The notes beneath the pieces were generated by a model. That model did no database searches and was not told the origin of the DNA. It saw nothing but the letters and a program-made list of their open reading frames with translations. A stretch of 63,999 nt of DNA, counting the filler, from Hausera hauseri (Eukaryota): the NCBI GenBank assembly GCA_046269625.1. It is 13 parts of 13 records of this genome, joined end to end, with 100 filler letters (N's around TTAATTAATTAA, not from the genome) between each part and the next. Parts side by side here need not be neighbours in the genome. Positions count along the whole stretch, not along the records: positions 46,843 to 51,244 come from JBJURY010599332.1; positions 51,345 to 55,807 come from JBJURY010568228.1; positions 55,908 to 59,882 come from JBJURY010845636.1; positions 59,983 to 63,999 come from JBJURY010816753.1; 9 more parts are not named here. One strand, given 5' to 3'. Numbering within the stretch: the first letter of the stretch is position 1; each line of letters opens with the position of its first letter. Made by a program: the position numbers and the translations under genes. This document shows positions 49,801-60,379 of this stretch, one piece after another.

Positions 49801-51039
49801 TCTACAGGAATTTCCACACCAAGAATTAACATCCGTTGAAGGGATTACGGTAGATTCTATTCCATACAGAAAGTCGTGGTTATACTTAACTGGTTTGGTA
49901 GATATTGGTATAAATCTTTTCAACATTTGAGAGAAAAATATATTGTGAAGGTTTCAGAAATCCCACTTTTGGCACAATTGAAATAAAGAAAACCAAACTA
50001 TAATATAATGATCTTTATTTTCAAATTCAAAACCATTAAAAAACTATAGTCAATTTTCCAAATACATATGATCACACGCTTGAATTAAACCAATACTCCA
50101 GTGGCAATCGGAATCGGTCACATCGAATTCTAAATGAACTTTGCAGCAAAAATGTTGACTTTCGTATTGAAGTAAACTTGGCATTTCGTTCGTCTTCGTG
50201 TTCGTTCTCGTATCACAGTAGACCTTCATCAGTTGAAATAGGTTTGGAAATCAGGTTAAACGATATTTTGAACACTTTTTGGAACTAACCTTTATTTGAT
50301 TCATTAGTAATGTATTCATAGTTGTCAAAAGCTATACGATTGAGAAAATGCATTTGTTCAGATTTATTATATTCTACAAGATTTTTATCCTCACAAATCA
50401 CTTCTGAAATATTCAAATCTAATACAATCATTATATATTCTTTCAATCGATCCTGAAAGAACTTCGAAGCATAAGTAATTTGCAATTCATAACCAAACAA
50501 AACGAGAAAGTCAACATTTGTTGTTATCCATCTTGATTTCGTAATATTTTTAATCACTCCGAGCCGTGTATCGTCAGCCTCATGGTTTTTTAACTCAAAA
50601 TATAGACTTTTCAATTTATTCCATATTAAATAAAACTTACAATATAAACACTTGAACTTATATGCGGATGATACACTTGAATTTGTTGTCCAAATGCATT
50701 TGTAATACCAACAGTGTTTTTGAATACTTCATCATTAGATGTATCAAATTTTTGTCTATTAAAGTCATTCCCGTAGTCTTGTATAACGTCGCCGAATGCT
50801 GTACCTAATATCCATATCCTGAGATTTTCAATGTCTCCAGTAGTCATTCCTTTTGATTTCAATTTATGCATTTAAAGTAAATTACTTTTTGAATCGATAA
50901 CATCATCACTAATATTGATTGTTAATGAAAGTACTACTGCATTTCATATAAATTAGTGTATATACCTGACAATGTTGAAGTCAAATTATTATTGTCAATC
51001 CATAGACGGCGGTGGTGCCCGAGTCCGCGGCACCACAAT

Positions 51040-51244
51040 GTATGCAACTTAGAAGCAAAATTTGGTCGAAAAGTGATGAATGAAGAACGATTCAAAAGGA
51101 CGAAAGAGACTCTGCAGATAAACGAAAACCCAGTGGTATTTGACATAGTACCAAAGAACCAAGAAGACTTCATGGCGGACAAATGGGATATAGGCTGTAC
51201 AATATTGATCAAACATAGAATAGACACAAAAGGCGCACCAATTA
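51040..51244 (+). pseudogene. Gypsy pol fragment just upstream of RT
   Basis: DFMADKWDIGCT.LIKHRIDTKGAPI at the contig end. Confidence 0.6.
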
Positions 51245-51344
51245 NNNNNNNNNNNNNNNNNNNNNNNNNNNNNNNNNNNNNNNNNNNNTTAATTAATTAA
51301 NNNNNNNNNNNNNNNNNNNNNNNNNNNNNNNNNNNNNNNNNNNN
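51245..51344. other. Artificial contig linker
   Basis: N-run + TTAATTAATTAA + N-run. Confidence 0.99.
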
Positions 51345-52067
51345 CTGAAGTCACGGCATCATCAATCACTCGAATGAAGGGGAGTTTTTCTGTCCCCCGT
51401 GCAAAGAGACCAGTGTGCGTCTGGACTCCTGATGGACAGCTCAGACACTCTGGCGACTAGTGATGGACAGTGGCATTGTGTGAGGTTTTCGGCAGGCCAT
51501 CTGATGTCGAAACTTAGTAAAGAGTCAGGATTTCACGGTCCAGTCTGATCTCCCCGACGTGGGAATTTTCGTTAAAAGCCTTCCAGACTCTCGGGCGTCC
51601 CGGAGGGAGCAAATCCCATTCTGGGGTCCCGAAAGGTGACCAATTGTGCATGGATGAACCGAACCGCCCCTGGAGAAAGATCCGCCCTCTGTGCGAAGAC
51701 GGGACGGTGAGATGAAGTTTTTTTGGACAGTTTTTCGGAGTGCCGCGCTGAAGGAAGGTTGGCTCTGGTGCAGAGTCCTGTTTGCGAAGATCGGAAAACC
51801 GAGAACCATTTTCAGCGAGTATACACATGCACTCCGCGGACTTGAACTGTAAAGCAGCCCTCTAAGGCTCGGCATGTTTTGTCAGAGCTCGATATCTATG
51901 AGACCACATGTGAGGTCTTTGTATTATAATTCAGTTGTATGAAAGCGAAAATATATGTGTCATTTTTTTGCATTAAATTAGTTTTCATGTGTCTGATTAA
52001 TTATGCTGGAGCGGAGAATCTCGAAACGTTACAGCTATAGTAGTATAATTAATTATTTGGTGGCAGC
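51345..52067 (+). repeat. Putative 5' LTR remnant (ends ...GTTACA at 52033) and tRNA-Leu-like PBS TGGTGGCAGC (52058-52067)
   Basis: ATTAAA signal, a CA end and a PBS-like decamer upstream of gag; no second LTR available for comparison. Confidence 0.55.
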
Positions 52068-52650
52068 TAAGTTGGATCGGCTTTTGAAAAAAAAAAAAAA
52101 GCCCGAACCTGCCCCGCTAGACACTTCGGGGAACGCTATCTGAAGGAGATTGGTCTTGATGCAGACGAGTGGAAGTCCTGCTGAATACGTCTGACCCAGT
52201 GCTGTGGATTTGTCTCATCCGGTGGAGGTCCAAGTAAATTGTAGCAGTTCCCACCGTCAAGTGCAAAGTCTGAAATTCAGAGGTGACTTTTCTGAAAGAC
52301 GGGAGGACGATCACGGTGTGTTCAGTGCTATTTGGACGGATGACCTGCAGTGGGGTAAGTCCCTTTCTCATAACTCTTTGGGAGCAGCATTAGTTATTTT
52401 AGCTGTGTAGTTAGCGTTGTTTTGAATGCTCTGTTAGGAGTTTTCAGGTTAGAGGTTGCGAACGTTGAAGTGTAGTAGGGCGTAAAAGTTTTTTTCTCTT
52501 TTATTTATTTATTTATTTTCTCTGTTTTAGGCGCGCGTGTTAGTTCGCGAGCTTAAGTTTTCTCGTCAGCTTTCTAGGATTTGTTTGTTGTGTTTTTTTT
52601 TTGTTCTTCTTTTTTTTCTTTTTCTTACTGGGTGTAACGTAAATTTAGGA

Positions 52651-53778
52651 ATGGCATATCTGCTCAAATTGACGAAAGGGGAGTTGTTAGAACTCGCGGG
52701 GGAGTTAGGAGCTCCGGCGGAACAATCTTCAACAAAATTACAGATCCACAATAGTATTGCGAATCATGAGCAATATGAGGAAGAGACGGTTTTGGCTCTA
52801 ATAGAGGGTATGCAATCCGAGAAAAAGGCGAGATTAGAAAAGGAGAGGGAGAGAGAGAAATTGGAAAGAGAGAGGGAAAAATTGGAAAGAGAGAGGGAAG
52901 AAGAAAGAGCTGACAGAGACGTAGCAAAAGAAAAAGCGGACAGAGAATTTGAATTGGAGAAATTAAGAATAACCGGATCAATGGAGACGTTGAGCGTGTC
53001 GTCAGTTGGGTCGGAGGGTCGCATGTCCGCCAGACGTGTAAATTTAAAAGATCTAGTCCCAAAATTGGACATAAAAAATTCAGACATAACCCTGTTTTTT
53101 GAGCTATTTGAGCGGCAAGCGAAAAAAGAGAAGGTCGATGAAGACGGCTGGGTCTCCCAGTTAATTCCCCTTCTACCGCTAGAGATCGCGGAGCTGGTGG
53201 CCAGGGAACCGCCGGAAAAAGGTGACGATTACGCTCACATAAAAGCTCTTTTACTAGGTAGGTTTCAGCTGACGCCGGTGGCCCTTAGAGATAAATTTGA
53301 GTCGCATCAAAAAAGGCCGGGGGCATCGTGGTCAGACTTAGTTTTCGAACTAAGGACGTACCTGGATAATTGGTTAACAGGTATGAAGGTGTCCGATTTC
53401 CAGGAACTGAAAGAGTTAATATTGACTGAGCAGTTAAAGAAAAGGGCGCCAAGCGAAATTATCAGTCATTATTTGGATGATTGGGATAGTTGCAAGGTAG
53501 CGACGGACCTGGCCGCGAAAATGGACCATTTTGAAACCGTGCGGAGGGTCCATAGAAAACAATTGGGTCCCAAGTTATGGGAGAAAAAGTCGAGCGACTA
53601 TAAACCGAACCCCCCCATTTTTAAAAAACAAGGAGGATCCCCCAAAAAAGAAACACCTAAGGAAAATGAAAAGGCGAAAGAGCCCCAGGCGAATAAAAAT
53701 GGGAATTATGAAAAAAAGCGGCCGATTGTTTGTTACCTATGTGGCATGCCAGGAAATATTACGCCTTCATGTCTTTGA
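52651..53778 (+). CDS. gag: Gag with SCAN-like capsid domain and degenerate zinc knuckle
   Basis: MAYLLKLTKGELLELA, ER-rich coiled coil, FFELFER, LL.RFQLT...LRDKF, LKELILTEQLK, CYLCGMPGNITPSC. Confidence 0.85.
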   Translation: MAYLLKLTKGELLELAGELGAPAEQSSTKLQIHNSIANHEQYEEETVLALIEGMQSEKKARLEKEREREKLEREREKLEREREEERADRDVAKEKADREFELEKLRITGSMETLSVSSVGSEGRMSARRVNLKDLVPKLDIKNSDITLFFELFERQAKKEKVDEDGWVSQLIPLLPLEIAELVAREPPEKGDDYAHIKALLLGRFQLTPVALRDKFESHQKRPGASWSDLVFELRTYLDNWLTGMKVSDFQELKELILTEQLKKRAPSEIISHYLDDWDSCKVATDLAAKMDHFETVRRVHRKQLGPKLWEKKSSDYKPNPPIFKKQGGSPKKETPKENEKAKEPQANKNGNYEKKRPIVCYLCGMPGNITPSCL

Positions 53779-55807
53779 ATAAAAAGAACAATATAGAATC
53801 GATAGCTAATCTAAAGGGGAGTGAAGACCCTGCGGACGGGTTTGAACCTTATAAAACCACTCTTGAGATTAACGGGGTGAACAGGACATGTTTAAGAGAC
53901 ACTGGGAGCTCAATAGATGTTTGTGCGCGAAGTTGGGTCGCTGACGAAGACTACACAGGTGAGTATGTGTGGTTGCGGTCTCCGCTGGACGAGGTGTGCC
54001 ATTGTTTACCGTTGGCGATAGTTAGGATAAAAAACGAAAAGGGAGAATTTTACACTAAGGCGGCGGTGAAGGCGGGCAACCTGAAAGATGATCTGTACCT
54101 ACTGGGCAACAGAACGGCTGAGCTCATCGAATTAAACCGTGAGGGAATCCAAAACGTGAACGCAGTAATCACCCGAAGCAGGTCCGGAAAACGGCAGAAC
54201 CAGTCGGCTAAGGGAAAAGGGGATGACTTGCAGGTCACGAGCGGAGAAAAGGACTCCTGTGGGGAAAACTTTGAAGGAAACCCCGTATCTACGGAGGGGG
54301 AGATTGTGAGTGACATTTTAGTCCCCTCTTTAGAAGCGGGGGGGGGGAACCAGCTTTGGCGAAAATCAGCGGTATTGAGTTTGAGGAGGCGCAGAATAAC
54401 TGTCCAGTTCTCCGGCCATTGTGGGAAAAGGCTGATTCGGCCGAACAGGAGTTTCGAATTCTAAAAGGGAAGTTGGTTAGCGTATCTCTTTCGAAACGGG
54501 GAGAGGAACTCACGCAGCTGTGTGTACCCGCGAAGTACCGGTCCGACATCTTGAAGCTTTGCCATGAAGAGATAAGTGGTCATCTGGGGACGACTAAAAC
54601 TAAAGACCGGATTTTGAGGCAATTTTTCTGGCCAAATGTTTACAAAGAAGCAGAAAGTTTTGTAAAACTTGCGATATTTGCCAGAAAGTGGGGAAGCCCC
54701 AAGATAAGGTCAAGGCGCCGTTGAAGTTGGTACCAATAATTTCGGAGGTTTTCGCGAAAATAAACATCGACGCGGTAGGGCCTTTACCGATTAGCGACCG
54801 GGGAAATAGGTACTTGATAACAGCTATATGTGTGGCCTCGAAATACCCCGACGCGATTGCCGTTGAGAACATTACGTCTCCTAGCGTCATCGAGGCTTTG
54901 TTGAGGGTGTTTTCCAGAACGGGTTTCCCGAGAGAAATCCAGACGGATTTGGGGACTTCGTTCACCAGCGAGTTAACTACCGAATTTTTCGACCGTTTTG
55001 GGGTTAAGGTGACGCGGTCTTCGGTTTGTCATCCACAAAGTAATTCGGTAGAGCGTGTGCATCGCAGTCTTAAACGTATCCTCAAGGCTCTGTGCGTAGA
55101 GTCAGGGCAGGACTGGGAGAGGAATCTTCACTCGGCTCTTTTTGCTTTGCGTACACTCACACACGAAAGCACGGGATTTAGTCCCACCGAATTAGTGATG
55201 GGGAAAAATTTGAGGACCCCTCAGATTTTGGTTTATGAGAATTGGTTAGGGGACGAGGGGAAAAACGAAAATGTGGTCAAATACGTTCTCAATTTGGTAA
55301 ATCGGCTGGAGCGTTGCCAGGACCTTGCGGCGGCGCGCATGAGGGAGTGTCAGGTGAAACAAAAGAATTGGTACGACCGGAATGCGGTGACCAGAAAATT
55401 CACGGTGGGAGACTCTGTTATGGTGCTGGCCACGTCGCGAGAGAACAAGATGGAAGTAAATTGGATAGGTCCGGGGACCATAACGGGTAAAGTCTCGGAA
55501 ACAAATTATCTGATAGATTTACCAGGGAAAAGGGACCAAAGCACAATATATCATGTGAACATGATAAAACCGTACCATAGGCGACCTGAGGCCGTGAACT
55601 TAATTTTAGAGGAGATTTCCGAGGAAATCGAGCAGGACGCGGAGATACCGTATCCGACTAAATCAAACGTGTATTATGATTTCCAGGAAATTGTGCAGAA
55701 TAGCAAGTTGGAAGAGAGGCTGTCCGCGCACCAGATAGGCGAGCTGTGTACGGTTTTGGAGAGACACCAGGGAGTTTTTTCCGCAGACCCGGGGACGACT
55801 CCCTTAA
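53760..55807 (+). pseudogene. pol: pol: protease, integrase and RT start, frameshifted
   Basis: LRDTGSS; CHEEISGHLG..KT..RI; IDAVGPLP, IQTDLGTSF, HPQSNSVER, WIGPG. Confidence 0.9.
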
Positions 55808-55907
55808 NNNNNNNNNNNNNNNNNNNNNNNNNNNNNNNNNNNNNNNNNNNNTTAATTAATTAANNNNNNNNNNNNNNNNNNNNNNNNNNNNNNNNNNNNN
55901 NNNNNNN
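55808..55907. other. Artificial contig linker
   Basis: N-run + TTAATTAATTAA + N-run. Confidence 0.99.
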
Positions 55908-58900
55908 CAAGGCAACAGTTGCAGATTTGTCTAGTGAACTAACTCACCGAATTAACTTAAAATACTTTATACTACGCATAAACGGATATCATCTACATTA
56001 TTCTGATTTAGTATCATTCTTTTTATTCTCATTTTCATCACTAATAATTACTTTAAGTCCCCGCCTATTCGGTGGTTCCGACACCAAATCATCACTAAAC
56101 GATTCTGAGGAACTCACCGATATTCCCACCATACACATTCCTATGAAACAGTTTTCCTTGCAGCATTCTCGTTAGTCAATTTCTGCGTTGACTATTTTAC
56201 TGATAAACAGCATTCCAGGCGTACATGGCTGGAATTCCATGCACAGTGGCTAAAATCCAAAATCACCGACCCTTTCTTCAAGGCAAACAGCCTATTAATC
56301 CTTTCACCAACCGGTCTTAAATCACTGTTCCCAAACCTTTTAGAAATTTTTCAAACCGCAAACCCATACAAAACACTCTTTAATGCCGTTTTATAACTTA
56401 CCGAGCCCTCTCTCGATAACATTATCCAAAAATATTTCAACGACAATTCAATAGGAAATCAAAAACCCTCTGAATTTTTGCAAACATCTTTGACCCAATT
56501 AAGCAAGTTAGGAGTAAACCAGACAAACAATGCCGATTTATTGCGTAGATATTTCCTTCAATCGTTGCCGAAATAAATACGCGCCTAACTAACCGTTGTT
56601 GAAGGCACCGCTACGCTAAAAAAACTACCACAGCTGGCTGATAAAAGCTACGAAATATTACATACACACAATGCTCCAATCGTTGCAGCCACATTACAAC
56701 CGTCTATGACACCACCCAGTGCAGAAATCTTAGCGTTAAATAACAAAATGAACGCTCTCCGGGCTGAAAGCACTGCAATACACAAAGCCATTTCTGCTTT
56801 AACTTCTAAACTAGACAATTTATCCATGTCGCGACGAGATTGATTTACAATTAATCGTAGCCGTGCTTTATAGCACAATTAGAGATCCGCCAGGCCCCCT
56901 ACTCGACCTATGGTGTGCTATTATCACACTAAATTTAAAAACCAATCTAACAAATGTTGCTTGACGTGCAAATTCTTTACACCCACTTTTCAAAAATGTG
57001 ACACTGTTTGTATCTACCACGATATATTCAGCAATAAAGCCTGAAACTGCATCAACGGTTGCACGTTTTCGAATCGATCTAACAAATTCCTTTGTAATTC
57101 TTCCGACTCCCCAAATCTTTCCATCCAAAAAAACTGACAAAGCCGCCATATGTTCCGGCGCATACTGGCAAAGGCTACCGTCGTCATTGTAACAGCTGCA
57201 CGAATGCTGTCTTTACATTAAGTGCCTTCATTTCTACCAAGCCAAATCAGTTAATCAATTTTTTAATAGATTCTGGAGCAGCAGTGTCCCTTCTACTTAT
57301 GTCTCCCAAAATATCAATTACCTCACCGACTTCAACTAAACTGTACACAGCAAACGGCCAAGCTTTACATGTATTCGGCACGGTTAAGGTTTCATTCACA
57401 TTACCACCATTCTCCGACATTTTCAATTGGACTTTCATTGTCACCGACACACAATCCCCAATACTTGGCTCTGATTTCCTATCTTTCTACAACCTCTTTG
57501 TAGATTGTAGACAACATCGAATCATTAAAAGCAGTTCAACAAAGCCAATTTCTACAAGTAACCCTCCATCGGTCACGCAGCCTATCTCGCCTATAAAATC
57601 TATATTAAATGAACCATCAGCCAACGCGAATAAAAACCTTAATACTAATATAATTAATCCAACGTTTTCGTTTAAGTCCGATAATAAAGGAACAAAAAAC
57701 GTTGACAAGGACAATTCAGGCGACCCGATTTCTGCCGTTTCTCACACTAAATCCAATTAGTCCACCACAATAACAACAACAGCCTTTACTACGCTTAGCC
57801 AAAAAGTGCAACAATATTTAACCCAGTCTTGTGTCCATACAATAAAAAAGATCCAGCATTTCGACCGGCTGACACAACGCTCCATCACGTAATCACAGAA
57901 AATTCTAGGCCCGTTAGGCAAAAACTCCACTCACTTCCACCACGCCGTCGACAGGCAGTCCAAGCGGAATTCTCTGCACTTGAGTAAGCTGGATAATAAA
58001 ACGCTCAAAATCACCACTCGACATCGTCCAAAAAAAGATGGTACATTCCGTTCATGCGGCGATTATCGCCAACTTAATAACGTCACTGCCATGGATGCTT
58101 ATCCTTTACCTTTGATTAAAGATATATTACATTCCTTACACAAGACAACAATCTATTCGACCATAGACCTCGAAAAAGCCTACAACCAAATACCGGTATC
58201 ACTCGAAGACATTTAAAAAAACGGCCATGATAACACCTTTTGGTCTCTTTGAATATCCATTCATGCCTTTCGGTTTAAAGAACTCAGCACAAACTTTTCA
58301 ACGACATATTGATTCAGCCCTTTCAGGCTAGTTATTTGCATATCCGTACATTGATGACATACTAATCGCATCGACATCACCCAAACAACACGAAGAACAT
58401 CTCAGACTAGTTTTCCAACGCTTACACAACTACAATTTGCAAGTGAACTTTTCTAAGTGTTCCTTCTTTCGGGAAAAAGTGAATTTTCTTGGCTATGTCA
58501 TCACACCTGATGGTCACAATCTACAGCCTGATAGAATTCATCAGTTACGAAACATCGAGATACAAAAAACCACTACTGACATGCGTAGTTTCCTTGGGAC
58601 TTTACATTTTGTTTATAAATACATCCCACACTTTAGCCATTTAACTGCTTCTTTCGCTGAGTTAGGAGCAGGGCCTAAAATAAACTTATATATTGGACAC
58701 GTGAACTTGTAAACCAGTTTGCCGAACTCCGCTATAAACTTAAAACAGTTGAAATCTTAGCTTACCCAAAATCTGATGCCGACCTTATTTTGACAAGTGA
58801 TGCATCAACCAGAGCAGTAGGAGGGGTTCTTCACCAAAAATCTCAAGGTACAAATGAGAAATTACAATTCTTTTCACGTAAGCTCCAGCCACAAGAACGC

Positions 58901-59882
58901 CGTTATTCCACATTTGATAGAGAACTCTTGGCCATTGTTTTAGTTCTCAAACATTTTTCACATTTGCTTATTGCTCGTTCCTTCACTATTGAAACGGACC
59001 ACAAACCTCTCGTTCACATAATGAACATGAAACAACCATCACTCCGTCAAGAACGCCATATCTCGTACCTGTCAACATTTAACTTTAAAATTTGTCATAT
59101 TTCTGGCACAGGCAATTTAATAGCCGATTTCTTATCACGGTCAGTCGGTGCAATTAGTTTCATACCCATATTCTCCAAAGAACAATTAATCGAAAACTCC
59201 CCTTCCGCGAATATTCTTAAACAATGCAAATCAGTACAAATTATCGATGGCACAGCCATGGATACGTCGACACCTGGGAATCATTTGCCAATCTTCGCAC
59301 CTTCTCTACAACAAATAGCATTTAACCATATCCATTCGTTGCATCACCCAGGTATGAAGGTGATCCGCCTCCTCAAACGTCACATAACTTGGCCATTGAT
59401 GAGGTCTGACGTACAGACTTGGGTTAGAAAATGCGTAGCTTGCCAAAAGTTCAAAATAGCTAAGCACCTGAAGCCACCATTATTCCATTTCCCCTGTACG
59501 TCCCGCTTTGAATCAGTTTACTTAGATATTGTTGGTCCATTACCTTCTAATAACGGCCACCAATTCGTTGTAACAATGATAGACCGCGCATTTCGTTGGC
59601 CTGAAGTTGTTCCTTTGCGCTCCATCAATATAGACTCCATAGCCGATGCATTCATAAGGATTTGGATTAGTCGGTTCGGTTCATCGCGTTATATAATTGC
59701 AGACCAAGGTCCTCAATTTGAATTGAACCTATTCATGTTTTTAGCTAATTGACTGGGCATAAATTACATGCACACAACTCCATATCACCCCAGTCGAACG
59801 GCTTATTGGAATGTTTTCACCTCACTCTTAAAATATCGTTAAAATTCTTACCGAAACACATACGAACTGGACTACCATCCTT
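55908..59882 (+). mobile_element. Ty3/gypsy CHCC-Gag family, diverged copy C (partial UBL-Gag, protease, RT, RNase H, integrase)
   Basis: RLFGG-Gag, GNQKPSEFL, FLIDSGAA, CGDYRQLN, YIDD, SDAS..FFSRKL..YSTFDRELLA, H.LHHPG, LDIVGPLP, RWPE. Confidence 0.92.
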
Positions 59883-59982
59883 NNNNNNNNNNNNNNNNNN
59901 NNNNNNNNNNNNNNNNNNNNNNNNNNTTAATTAATTAANNNNNNNNNNNNNNNNNNNNNNNNNNNNNNNNNNNNNNNNNNNN
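59883..59982. other. Artificial contig linker
   Basis: N-run + TTAATTAATTAA + N-run. Confidence 0.99.
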
Positions 59983-60229
59983 ATTACTTTGACAATAAAG
60001 TTGGATTTGAGGAATGTAGAATATTTCATCGGTAATGCATGAATTGTAAATTTGGTTTGGGTATTTGATGAGAACTATTGAGAGAGAAAATAAACATAAG
60101 GCGACAAAGAAGTGAAATAAGTTTTCATGGGATCAACAGAAAATAACAAAATTTCTGGAACTTAACCTATCCAAATCGTGTGCATTTTCAAAATTAAACC
60201 ACATGGTATTATTCCGGTCGTAGTATGAT

Positions 60230-60379
60230 TGTGTATCTATATTTTCAATCTTCCAGTCCTCAAGGCAGAAAATTGGGGCCTGCCTATGCGCCCGACGCGC
60301 CTGGAGCAGAAAACCCGGCCGTGCCCAGCCGAATGGGCCGGAGGGCGAATCATCGACGCTGGCACCACATCACCCCACC
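60230..60379 (-). repeat. Polypurine tract (60370-60379) and start of the 3' LTR (TGTGGTG at 60369)
   Basis: Minus strand GGTGGGGTGA-TGTGGTGCC downstream of the integrase; LTR end is uncertain. Confidence 0.5.

Larger units (their letters stand above)
51345..55807 (+). mobile_element. Gmr1-like Ty3/gypsy retrotransposon (5' LTR part, PBS, Gag, protease, integrase, start of RT)
   Basis: Integrase sits between the protease and the RT-proximal VFSADPGTT; SCAN-like capsid. Confidence 0.88.

Noticed and set aside
52566-53087. Minus-strand ORFs over the Gmr1 gag (likewise 26047-26730 and 1738-2073)
   Set aside because: Antisense shadows of real coding sequence
5371-59982. Recurring TTAATTAATTAA as a biological repeat or CRISPR-like array
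   Set aside because: Always centred in identical 100-bp N blocks; these are assembly concatenation linkers
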